Assembly: GCA_964016885.1 (NCBI GenBank)
Contig: OZ024742.1
Span: 176,948,001 to 177,012,000, forward strand
DNA length: 64,000 nucleotides
Direction of reading: 5' to 3'
DNA from: Eledone cirrhosa
Taxonomy: Eukaryota
In this document: positions 1 to 11,301 of the stretch, piece by piece
Layout of the letters: every line of letters starts with the position of its first letter
Position numbering within the stretch: the first letter of the stretch is position 1
Position numbers and translations under genes: made by a program
Notes under the pieces: generated by a model
What the model was told of the DNA's origin: nothing
The model's input: only the letters and a program-made list of their open reading frames with translations
Databases searched by the model: none

Positions 1-489
1 TATATATACATATACGTACCTACACACACACAGAGATACACTCACATACATGCACACACCCATATATATATATATGGATATGTATATTTATATATATATA
101 TATACAATTGTAACTTTTATTTGCGATGCACTTGATAATTTTATTGCCATGAAATCCGTATAATAATCTATTTGTTCATCTTATTTATTTATTCATTTAT
201 TTAATTATTTATATATCGACTTATTCTTGTCGTTTTTATTTGCCGTATTTCTCGAGAATATGTATTCATGTGCTTGTGTGAAATGTGCGTTAGCTGTCAT
301 GTACAGCATAATTAAATCTCCAACGTTTTTTGTACATCACGTTGACGCTCGTTTTGCATCGTATTGCCTTCATCTTCCTTCCTTTTCTTACTGCTGTATT
401 ACAGAAAATGTTCTTCCCACTCGTCTTTCTCTTTGTCAATATTATTCTGTAAATATGTCCGTATGTATATATTATATATCTATTTATTG

Positions 490-490
<1 letters not shown>

Positions 491-584
<94 letters not shown>
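491..584. repeat. (TA)n microsatellite, representative of many TA, CA, TACA, CTA and TAA tracts in the window
   Basis: Direct read; such tracts account for the YIYI, CVCV and poly-T/L/S/V ORFs in the track. Confidence 0.98.
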
Positions 585-588
<4 letters not shown>

Positions 589-688
589 AAACTTGGAGGG
601 GAACAAAAACAGAGAGGCAGATATACACACACTTTGTTTTTGTATTTGTTTCGCATACTTTCTTATCTGGAAACGTGTGTTGAAATAG

Positions 689-1080
689 ATATTGTTAAAC
701 TTTAGGAAGGTCTTGCAGCCAAGAAAAACACACGCACCTATTGCTTTTCACTTCAATTTTTTATACATTTCCAATCGTTTATTTAATAACAGGATGGTTT
801 TTAAATGTTGATTGTCAAATGTCCTTCGTCACACATTCTTTGACATCATTAATGAATCCTCCCACACCATAATAGGACAGAATTAAGGAGATATACGAAT
901 TAGAAACAAACTTAATCAATGAGGATGTCACAGAATATTTGACGGTAGAGCACTATAATCAAAAACTAAACAACCATTCGGATATTAAACTAACAACCGG
1001 CTGGTAGTTTATAAGAATTTGAAGTGAAAACCATAAAGTGAGTGCGCTTTTATTGGCAGCATGACTCTTCCAAAATATAA

Positions 1081-1081
<1 letters not shown>
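689..1081. mobile_element. ORF-less pair of diverged Penelope-type 3' ends joined head-to-head
   Basis: Both ends resemble the terminus TTGTTATACTTTGGGAGGGTCATGTTGCCAATAAGAAACACACGCACC..TTTCACTTCAA at 17126, in opposite orientations; decayed copies of that family's hammerhead region at about 821-857 (-) and 915-960 (+). Confidence 0.65.
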
Positions 1082-1118
<37 letters not shown>

Positions 1119-1216
1119 ACACACACACATATATATATATGTGTGTGTGTATGTGTATATATATGTGTGTGTGTGTATATATATGTATATTGTGAAGGCG
1201 TGTGGCTGATTCGCAA

Positions 1217-1942
1217 ACTAACTATGAACAAACCTTATTGTTCATAGTATATTATTCACCCTAGCGAATTTGGTCCCTTATAATTTGAACACATATATGT
1301 ATATATTTGTGTTTATCTCTCTTTATTTTATCAGATTATATTATACGGCTCGGAAAATATTTTCCTTGAGCTATTTTAATTGTAAGGGACTATTCTGAGT
1401 TTCTAACTCAATATATACTTTTGATAAATACAGCTCCTTGAATTTTGTAGAGCTTAATCATTGTCGAGTCAACCAGGCTGCTATTTTTAGCAGCATAAGT
1501 TTTTACGAGACACACTAGACTCTGAATGTCATGTGCGATATTTTCAACACGCGCTTCATTTAGTCTTCTAAGAAACTTAGAAGTGAAGGGTCTACTAATT
1601 TTTACATCTACCGAAGAGCAATAGAATTGGAAATTCCCTCACTTGATGCGAAACCGTTTTACTAAAGATGGTCTGGATGTTTCATATTTATCACGATCGG
1701 TTTGTACTTTTTCTTAATTTAATCTTTTAATTGAGTCTGGCAAACCGTATTGTTCATAGTTAGTATATTATTCACTGTAGCCAATTTGGTCCCTCATAAT
1801 TTGAACACATATATGTATATATTTGTGTTTATCTCTTTTTATTATATTAAATTATATTATACGGCTCGGAAAATATTTTCCTTGACCTATTTTAATTGTA
1901 AGGGACTATTATGAGTTTCTAACTCCATATATACTTTTGATA
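1217..1942 (+). mobile_element. Retrozyme-like partial tandem (about 1.4 units of a 512-bp monomer), family A
   Basis: 1229-1426 is repeated directly at 1741-1942; a hammerhead motif lies in the unique middle; ends in (TA)n; 15-nt inverted segment at the 5' junction. Confidence 0.7.
1604..1680 (+). ncRNA. Type I hammerhead ribozyme motif (U4C core variant), family A
   Basis: Stem I ACATCTA/TGGATGT, core CCGAAGA, stem II GCA..TGC, GAA, 8-bp stem III ACCGTTTT/AAGATGGT, GUC cleavage triplet. Confidence 0.7.
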
Positions 1943-2176
1943 TATATATAAATATATATATTTGTGTGTGTGTTTGTGTGTATGCTTGTGTGTGCAATCC
2001 CTCTCGTAGTTTTACCGTTTAGCCTACCTATTTCTTGATTTAAACTTTTAACGACATCATTTACTATTCTGTAGTTAGGATTAACACAGGTCGCTAACTT
2101 GATTCTTCAGAATTTCGTTTACTCTCGTTTAACATTAGAAATGCTATGGTACAATTCATACACCAATATTGCCCAT

Positions 2177-2207
<31 letters not shown>

Positions 2208-2251
2208 AACTACTACTACTACTACTGCTACTACTACTGGTGCTGATGCTG

Positions 2252-2311
<60 letters not shown>

Positions 2312-2357
2312 TTACTATTATTACTACCGATACTACTACTATTTTTATTATTATTAT
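2177..2357. repeat. (CTA)n/(TTA)n microsatellite
   Basis: Direct read. Confidence 0.95.
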
Positions 2358-2422
2358 CATGGGCATGATTGTTGTTTAGGTGGTGGTTTTTATGTGAATT
2401 CAGTGTTTTTATGTAAATATAC

Positions 2423-2534
<112 letters not shown>

Positions 2535-3440
2535 GTGTAGGAAAGAGAGAACAATCAAGAAATATATAAGATTCTAATAGAATTCAAAACCACCCTTTTG
2601 ATTAGCCTGTGGCCATATAAGAGCTTTTCAAGTGGAATTACTTTGGAACATACCTTCTAGTACTTTTTCTATATTAAGGTAATTCTGAAGATGCTCCTTC
2701 AAAAGAATTATAAGTTTTGTAGGTGGTCAATTAAACAACTCGTCAACATATCATCTGTTGAAGTGTAATCGTATTTAACTATCTGAAGAATTAACTACTT
2801 GAGAATTTAGCTATATTGGAATTGTTCCCTTTAAGTATCTTATATTTCTGTAAATCCGTGTAAAAATATAATATTTGGCTACTGTGAGAGCTGAATTCAA
2901 CCGTCACTCTTTCAGAGATATTCATTCATTTGCCTTTCCTAGATTTTGATAATGCCTATTCATTTCTTTAACCCACCAATTGCTATGTTCTTAATGCCTA
3001 TAAGTTTGATTATAATGACACTGATGTGACGATTTGTCGCGTTATTAAGCTAGTGTCTGGAATACTCCCTAACAACATCATGAGGTAAGATATGTAGATA
3101 AGTGTAAACTTTTTCCCGCCCTCATTACCATATTTCTAATTGAAACCTTAGCAATAATTTCCAATTCTTTGAAAATTGATGAATCTATAGGGATCTACTA
3201 ATATAACTAATTCTCCAATTATTAATCAGTCGTTTGGAAAATAATTTAACAAATTTCCGATATAATATTATGATGGAAAAATGGGAGATAAATATGAACA
3301 CTTTCAAATAAACATTTGCTTGCATAGAACATGAAGTGTAAAGCAACTGAACATTCAACTAATGTAATTAACGTATAAATCACAAAGTACTACAAAAACG
3401 TGAGTACATGTACTTATTTCTTTGCGGGAGAATATATAAT

Positions 3441-3625
3441 TGTTTCTACTTTTGACACAAGGGCAGCAACTATCCCAGTGCATTACTGGTATTTTATTTT
3501 ATCGACCTCGTAAGGATGAAAGGCAAAGTTAACCTCGGCGAGATTTGAACTCAACCCATAAAGGGCCGTAACTCTTTGCTGCAAAGCATGGCGTCGGACC
3601 CTCTACTGATACTGCCTATCCACCG
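3441..3625 (-). mobile_element. tRNA-derived SINE (octopus OK-like) with 20-bp target-site duplication
   Basis: Exact TTTGCGGGAGAATATATAAT at 3421-3440 and 3626-3645; B-box GAGTTCAAATC on the minus strand; homologous to 43499, 44918 and 49931. Confidence 0.9.
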
Positions 3626-3728
3626 TTTGCGGGAGAATATATAATGACAGGCCATCATAGTTACAGGTTTAATCTACTCGATTCAGATTCAATAACATCT
3701 CCGTCTACCCAAATTCACACACAATTCT

Positions 3729-4650
3729 TGGGTCAAACTGTGTCTATGCTAGAATTGACTTAGCATTGGTCGAACAGTGTCTATGGTAGAATTGACTTAG
3801 CATTGGTCAAACTGTGTCTATGCTAGAATTGACGTAGCATTGGTCGAACTGTGTCTATGCTAGAATTGACTTAGCATTGGTCGAACAGTGTCTATGCTAG
3901 AATTGACTTAGCATTGGTCGAACAGTGTCTATGCTAGAATTGACTTAGCATTGGTCGAACAGTGTCTATGGTAGAATTGACTTAGCATTGGTCGAACAGT
4001 GTCTATGGTAGAATTGACTTAGCATTGGTCGAACAGTGTCTATGGTAGAATTGACTTAGCATTGGTCGAACAGTGTCTATGGTAGAATTGACTTAGCATT
4101 GGTCGAACAGTGTCTATGCTAGAATTGACTTAGCATTGGTCGAACAGTGTCTATGGTAGAATTGACTTAGCATTGGTCGAACAGTGTCTATGCTAGAATT
4201 GACTTAGCATTGGTTGAACAGTGTCTATGGTAGAATTGACTTAGCATTGGTCGAACAGTGTCTATCGTGGAATCGACTTAACTTGGGTGGAACAGTGTCT
4301 ATGGTATAATCGACTTAGCTTGGGTCAAACAGTGTCTATAGTAGAATTGATTTAGCTTGGGTCGAACAGTATCTATGGTAGAATTGACTTAGCTTGGGTC
4401 GAACAGTGTCGATGGTAGAATTGACTTAGCTTGGGTCGAACAGTGTCTATGGTGGAATTGACTTAGATTGGGTCGAACAGTGTCTATGGCAGAATTGACT
4501 TAGCTTGGGTCGAACAGTGTCTATGGTGGAATTGACTTAGATTGGGTCGAACAGTGTCTATGGTGGAATTGATTTAGATTGGGTCGAACAGTGTCTATGG
4601 TAGAATTGACTTAGCTTGGGTCGAATAGTGTCTATGGTTGACTTAACTTA
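3729..4650. repeat. 37-bp minisatellite, about 25 units
   Basis: Unit TTGGTCGAACAGTGTCTATGGTAGAATTGACTTAGCA repeated head-to-tail with no spacers. Confidence 0.95.
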
Positions 4651-4903
4651 ACTTGAATGCCACAAAGTGGAACCCTTGTGATTACTCAACGAGCATCTTA
4701 ACCACACATTCCTTAACTATATGACTATACCTACACCTTCGAACGCTTGTGTTATATGTGAGGGACGGGTTCAGATGTCATATGACTGTATTTGTGTGTA
4801 TGATCTTTTGCTGCCGCTAGACATGGAATCATTATCTTTCCACAAGCATGCTAACTTCATTTAAAAATGTGTGTCTATATATATATATATATAATTATAT
4901 ATT

Positions 4904-5021
<118 letters not shown>

Positions 5022-5049
5022 ACACACACATATATATATACACATACTT

Positions 5050-5410
5050 TTTTCTCTCTCTCCGTCTTGTTTCTTTCTCTCCGTCTTTTTCTAATCGTCC
5101 TTAACACTAAGACTTATTAAAATAATATAAACAATTCACTATCCAGATGGCATCCAAAAATAATGGTTGCATTTTAAAAGGGTATGTCAAAGCTTATTTG
5201 TAAAACTGTTATATATTGTATTTTGTCTGATGAAGGCATACCATGATTTAATTTGGTATCCCTGAAATATGTATAATGAAATAAATATGGTTTTATAAAT
5301 ATAGTTTCCATTTATGAATATCGTATATCTACTCCAAATATTGTCGAGTGCTTTATATCAGTTATAAAAATATTTACTTGTTGTACCCCAACAATTTTAA
5401 ATAGAACTTT

Positions 5411-5413
<3 letters not shown>
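5050..5413 (+). mobile_element. About 360-bp non-coding hammerhead-bearing element in (TA)n, family B copy 1
   Basis: Reverse complement of 14972-15330; flanked by TA tracts; no meaningful ORF. Confidence 0.8.
5219..5283 (+). ncRNA. Minimal type I hammerhead ribozyme, family B
   Basis: TATTTTGT-CTGATGA-AGGCATACCA..TGGTATCCCT-GAA-ATATGTAT-A-ATGAAATA; intact core and near-palindromic stem III. Confidence 0.85.
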
Positions 5414-5468
<55 letters not shown>

Positions 5469-6813
5469 TATATATAGAATGATTAGGTATCGAGAGAGAG
5501 AGAGAAGAGAATGGAAAGATGGTCGATACATATATTTAGTTGCCAATAGTTTATGCATGTGTGCTCAATACTCGTGCCTACAGGGTTAAATATTAGAGGT
5601 GTCAATATTTAGTGGGCGAGAAAAAATAAGCAGAGCGATTATAAAGGAAATGAATACAAAGAGTTTCAAACCGTTAAAACATCTTCATATAATTGTGCAC
5701 CTACGTACGTGTCGGCCTTAGCAGGTAATCAAGGACATGGAAAACAAAATAATGTTCAATATACGTCCCACACTTTTGAAGGTTTATTATAACATTCTGT
5801 GGCTCTTTTGAGCTAATGTTCAATATCTCATATTAGATGTTTAGTAATGATTAATACGAAATGAACTTAAACAGAATTCTATATTATAAATTCACTTAAA
5901 TAATTATCGTGTCGCCTTGAGTTCGTTATGAGTTTCTTTTTTTTTTATAAAAGGCTGCCACAGAGTGTACTAGAGATAATGATTACAATATTTCTGAGCA
6001 ACAACTCAAGTCCCACAATTTCTGTGGCTCTTCTGAGCTTGCGCATTTTTCAGGTCTAGTTTAATATTTTGTTAAGGCAACGCTTGCAATAACTCTAGTT
6101 AAACATGATATATATTAATAATAAATTATCTTTGTAATGTAATTAGATTATATAATTGTTATTTTATAAATGATCTTATAAATATTATTGTAAGATGTAT
6201 AAAAATATTTTCAGACTTTTAATATAAACAACTACAAAAGACAATCAATATTAAATAAATATATTCTACATAATAATTGTTATAGTTGAATTAAGAAAAA
6301 TTAAATATTACATACATATAGTCTACCGTAATATTAGAAAAATAATCTAACATAATATTAACAAAAATAATCTAACGTAAAACGAACAATAATATGGACA
6401 AATATACAAGGAAACATGATACAACCAATATTATAAGCATGTTATAACGAAATGAAAAGAAAAATAGTTAATATATATTTACAAAACCATATATAAATTA
6501 TCAATATAACTTACGAAAACGGGAAAAATATTTTGATGATAAACGACGAAATACAGGAGGAAGATTAAAAAGCGAAACGATAAATAAACGTGCAAACAAA
6601 ACGGCGGATACTTTTGAGCAACAATTACTCTCTTTGGTTGATTAGCCAATAAGACGATGAAATTAGCCAATAAGACGATACATTACAAAACATGTTTGGC
6701 AGCGATCACCACGGCCAGCGACCCCCTTGAATCTGTTATTCATAAACTACGCATATATGTCAGACACGCAGACTTAATACACTCTGTTGTTAGTCACTGC
6801 GTGTCTTACAGTT

Positions 6814-6867
<54 letters not shown>

Positions 6868-6980
6868 CGAAGGAAATGTGGTAAGGAACCAGGTGGACCA
6901 TAACGCACCAAAGTACCCAATACTTAGGGTAGTAGAGTGGCTTAAACGGCTTGAGCTCAGCCGTCGGGGTCCTACTTGTT

Positions 6981-7088
<108 letters not shown>

Positions 7089-7324
7089 ATAGAAAAAGAC
7101 ACCTTGTTATAGATCAAATCGTCAGAATATTCAGGTGTATGAAGAAAACTTAATCTTGTGAGAAGATTAATGTGTTTGAATATATTCCAATGTTCATACA
7201 AACACCTTCCAATTATTTATACCTGATGAATGCTCAAATCTTGAGATGCATACACGCATCTATTTAACTTATCTATCTATCTATCTATCTATCTTTCTAT
7301 TTATTTCTCCGTTTATATACCCAA

Positions 7325-7441
<117 letters not shown>

Positions 7442-8121
7442 TATATACAGACACACATATATATGTGCGTGTGTGTGTCGACAGAGAGTGTGTAAGGGAA
7501 AGAGAGGGTAGTACAAAGTTTTTATATACTTATATTTCAGCGAATATATAATTTATTATTCAAGGCTCCCTTAATGAAACTTAATATTATTTCCATTAAA
7601 TTAAATCCATTTTATGTATTGATTTTAAATGCATAACATACATACTTAATTCAAAATGCATATATTAAATTTGTATATAATTTCATTTAGTCATATTTTC
7701 TCATATGTTATGTATTATATATTGTCACTCCGTATAATTATGATTTTATAAACTCGAAGATATGCTATAATGCTCAAATAAATACATACAACGTGAATAA
7801 GTTGATTAAAATATCTCTGGTTTTAAAATCATGCTAATGAGTGGCGAGTTGGGATATTGGTTATACGTGTTTTCGTCTCGTATACTAGAAATTCATGGTT
7901 CAATTCCAACATAGCGTCCTGCCAACAATATTCCATCTCCAGTGTATTCTATATCATTTATTCAAATATTATATATTGTATATATCAAATAGTATATACA
8001 TTGTGGGAGCCCTTCATAAATCAAATATGTTTTCAAATTTCATCGATTCTTTGAAAACGCACCACTGTTTATATTTAGCTTGAGAAATGAAAGCTTCTAA
8101 AATGACGAGTATGATACTTTT

Positions 8122-8280
8122 GGAGTGCTGTGGTGTAATGGGTAAGCACGATACCCGGTATTTGGAATTGTCGTTCGATTTTCGCAGCCGGTTTTGTCTC
8201 ATTCTCTCACTGAATTAGAGTATTTTACTTGACTATTACTTTGGTTCTTCTGGAGTATGACGGGATTAAAAAAAGAAAAA
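8122..8280 (+). mobile_element. Decayed tRNA-derived SINE-like sequence
   Basis: A-box-like TGGTGTAATGG, B-box-like GTTCGATT and an A-rich tail; a similar decayed head lies near 7842-7920. Confidence 0.4.
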
Positions 8281-8699
8281 AACATCTTCAAATCATCTAG
8301 CAGTCTACATAGTCACACATCTCTCCATCTCACTTAAAGTTTGAAAATCATGAAACTGTGAAACCGGTAAATGTATAAGTTATTGTAAATATACATTTTT
8401 AAGGACTCCAGTTGCATTAAGGGGACATCGGTGCGTGAAATATTCAGCCAACTAGGCGTAAATTTAATAAACTGGCTCTTTAAAGGCACGCACAACGTTG
8501 TAACCCACGGAGGTCCATTCAGGTATATATCAGGCATCCAATTGATGAATTATAGAATCAATCAATGTAATATTCAATAAATATAATTAACAACTCTCTC
8601 CGAGTCGCCCAATCCCTCAAAAGTGACAAACGTCTAAACAGTTAAAGAGACCTCATCTATCTTATTGAATATATATATATATTTAACGGTAGCATGCAT

Positions 8700-8736
<37 letters not shown>

Positions 8737-8739
8737 TAC

Positions 8740-9330
8740 ATTTTACGAAATGTTATATATTTTTATATATTTTATTCTCTCACCTAAAGTTCGGAAAAGT
8801 TTTTCCGTTTTCAATTATTTCCCCATGACTGAATCACATTTATTTTCATTTCACCAAATTACGGTAAATTCTTGTAAACTAAAACAAAATGAGCTTTAAA
8901 GAATAAACCGTGAGAGGTAAAGCTACACAACGTTTTATGACCGATCAATTTCATCAGAATTTTGTAAACATGAAGAAATTGAAACATGAAAATCAAATAA
9001 ATTAAACGAGTGACAAGACAACTACCTCGATAAATTGAAAAATTGGGAGAAATAAATATATTTTGAAACAATTGTCAACATTAACAATCTTCCTATCCAT
9101 TTCAAATACTTTAATTTCCTATGTTTAAATCGTACAATATTTAAATTATTCTACATTATAATTTCCACCTTTCTGTGAAAGCTTTAAATGTTAAGTAACA
9201 ATTCTCCTTCAAAATAATTGTTTCAGATTTTATTCATTCTATCGTCTAAATTACATTGTCATTTCATTACATTTCTTATTTTGTTTTTATTTTGATTTTC
9301 TTTCTGCATGTAAGCGTAAATCATTGCTAT
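8740..9330 (+). repeat. Unclassified dispersed repeat of about 590 bp, copy 1
   Basis: Diverged reverse complement of about 34400-34990 (shared CTGAATCACATTTATTTTCATTTCAC and ATGACCGATCAATTTCATCAGAATTTTGTAAAC). Confidence 0.8.
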
Positions 9331-9419
9331 TATAAATATGTGCTTCAATGTGTTATATATGTTTATTCATATGCATTTATGATATAAGTGTATATGCATC
9401 CGTACAACTATCTATCTCC

Positions 9420-9626
9420 TGGAGATGAGGTTTGCTCATTTTTTCGGGGGTATGTGTTACCCATATGTAATGTCTCCCCCTATTGGGGAAAATCGATTGA
9501 TTTTTAAATTGCATTTGTGATAGTATTTTACACGTTTTTATTGTATGTAAACTTCTCCCTTTGTATTTGTCTCCTTTCTTTGTGCCCCTGTGGCTAATAA
9601 AGAAACATATCTCCCTATCTATCTAC
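9420..9626 (+). mobile_element. 3'-UTR-only copy of the adjacent Tx1-like LINE
   Basis: 9491-9625 matches 14759-14895 (..GTGGCTAATAAAGAAACATATC(TATC)n). Confidence 0.85.
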
Positions 9627-9892
9627 CAACAACAATAACAATGATAACAACAACACCACCAACAACAACAGCAACACGAACAACTCCACAAACAAGGAAA
9701 ATATTTCTTTTGCTCAAACCATCCAAAATACGGAACTGTTCACATACCTTGACATTTCCAATGCTAGGGAAATGTTAAGCGATGCAAAACAGTACGTGAC
9801 TTTTCGTGAGAGTGGTGCTTTCAGCATCACTTCTCCTCAACAGTTACGCAGAGAGACTGTTCTAAAAACAGTAATTTTTAAGACGGTCTCAA

Positions 9893-11286
9893 ATGTGTCG
9901 AAAAAACCAGTTCAGTTATCCCAAAACGATATTGACTGGTTCTGAAGAATTCCATGAAGGATATTGCCTTCATCCAAAAAGGGAAACTTTTTGGAAGCAT
10001 TTCGGTGCTGTTGAAAGACCAATTGACAGCACAAAAATATTCTTTATCGCCGATTGTGTCCCCCCTTTACACATTTTTCCCCACAAATATGGGAAAAAGA
10101 AATAAAAAATAAAAATGTTGAACATTGCACCAAATGTAAACGTCTGGTGGATTCTAACTGGCTTCATCGATTTCGACGAAGACACCATCATTTCGGTGGG
10201 AAAGTCCTCCAGAGGCACATTCAATGGTACAAGCATGGAAGTTCTGGTCCAAATGAGGCCAGAACGGATAGCTAAAATGCCCCAACGTGTGCCTCTGGGT
10301 AGAATTTCACACATAAACATTTCTGTTGAGGGTAGGCGGCCTTCATGTTACCACTGTTTAAGCGGTGGTCACCTGAAGGCTTACTGTCCTCAGTTAACTA
10401 AAAAAAAAAGAGGCACTACTGCCAATACCCAAAACAAACAACACAACCACCACCACCACCACCACAACAACAACAACAACAAGAACAACACGCAACCACA
10501 ACCAAAACAAGAACAACAAACCAACCTGCAAGCACAGTCCCACCCAACACCACTCCACCTAAAACCACTTCAAGTACACCCACAAACACAACAGGTCCCC
10601 AAAACATACCACTTCCAAATAACACAGACACCACAACGGACGAGGCCCCCACATCATCAACAAGTGATGATGAGGGAGAGCCTCTCCGTTCGAAAAGAAA
10701 GAAGAAAATACACCACAAGAACAAAAAAGAAACAAACATCACTAAAAACATACAACCACCAATACAAACAACACAAACATTACAAACAAAAACCCCCCGT
10801 CCCGAAAACAAAACCACGATATCACTCCAAACACAAACACCTACAACAAAACGAAAGCTCCCACAAGAACAACAGACAAAAACCACCGCAACACAACAAG
10901 AACATTACACATACATAAACAGTAAAAACAAAACTTTAATGGAGGTCATCTCCAACCACCCTTCGGTGAAAACCGATGGCAAACCTTTTTCGAACTGTGT
11001 AGACAAACCTAATTTAAAGAGGATTAGGGTCCCTACGGACAACTATAAGTTTTTAAAGGAAAACTTTCCTAAGGGCGTGGGTAATCTTTGTGTTAAACCC
11101 ATTAACCGCGTCCTTTTAAAAAGTTTCACCGCCATCACCCCAGACACCCCCACCCTCCAAACATCTACGTCCCCATCACGCCGGAAACCACCATCCAACC
11201 AGACAACTCCTCTAACACCCCCATGGAAACCGTGCGGCCTGATCCCCGGGAGACGAAGAGGTGAGTGTTTTCTTCTCCTCTTTTAA
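9893..11286 (+). pseudogene. LINE ORF1 (gag-like), frameshifted
   Basis: CYHCLSGGHLKAYC (CX2CX4HX4C) in ORF 10115-10918, followed by low-complexity sequence. Confidence 0.75.
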
Positions 11287-11301
11287 CTTTTCAGAACCAA
11301 C

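Noticed and set aside
227-688. ORFs rich in YI, CV/HT or poly-T/L/S/V (here and throughout)
   Set aside because: Translations of microsatellites.
3729-4650. CRISPR-like array of 37-bp repeats
   Set aside because: Units are contiguous with no unique spacers, there are no cas genes, and the context is eukaryotic.
7215-7260. CTGATGA with ATGC/GCAT stem; also half-motifs at 8340-8378, 35503-35560, 49775-49825 and 52896-52945
   Set aside because: Only one half of the catalytic core is present in each; too degenerate to call.
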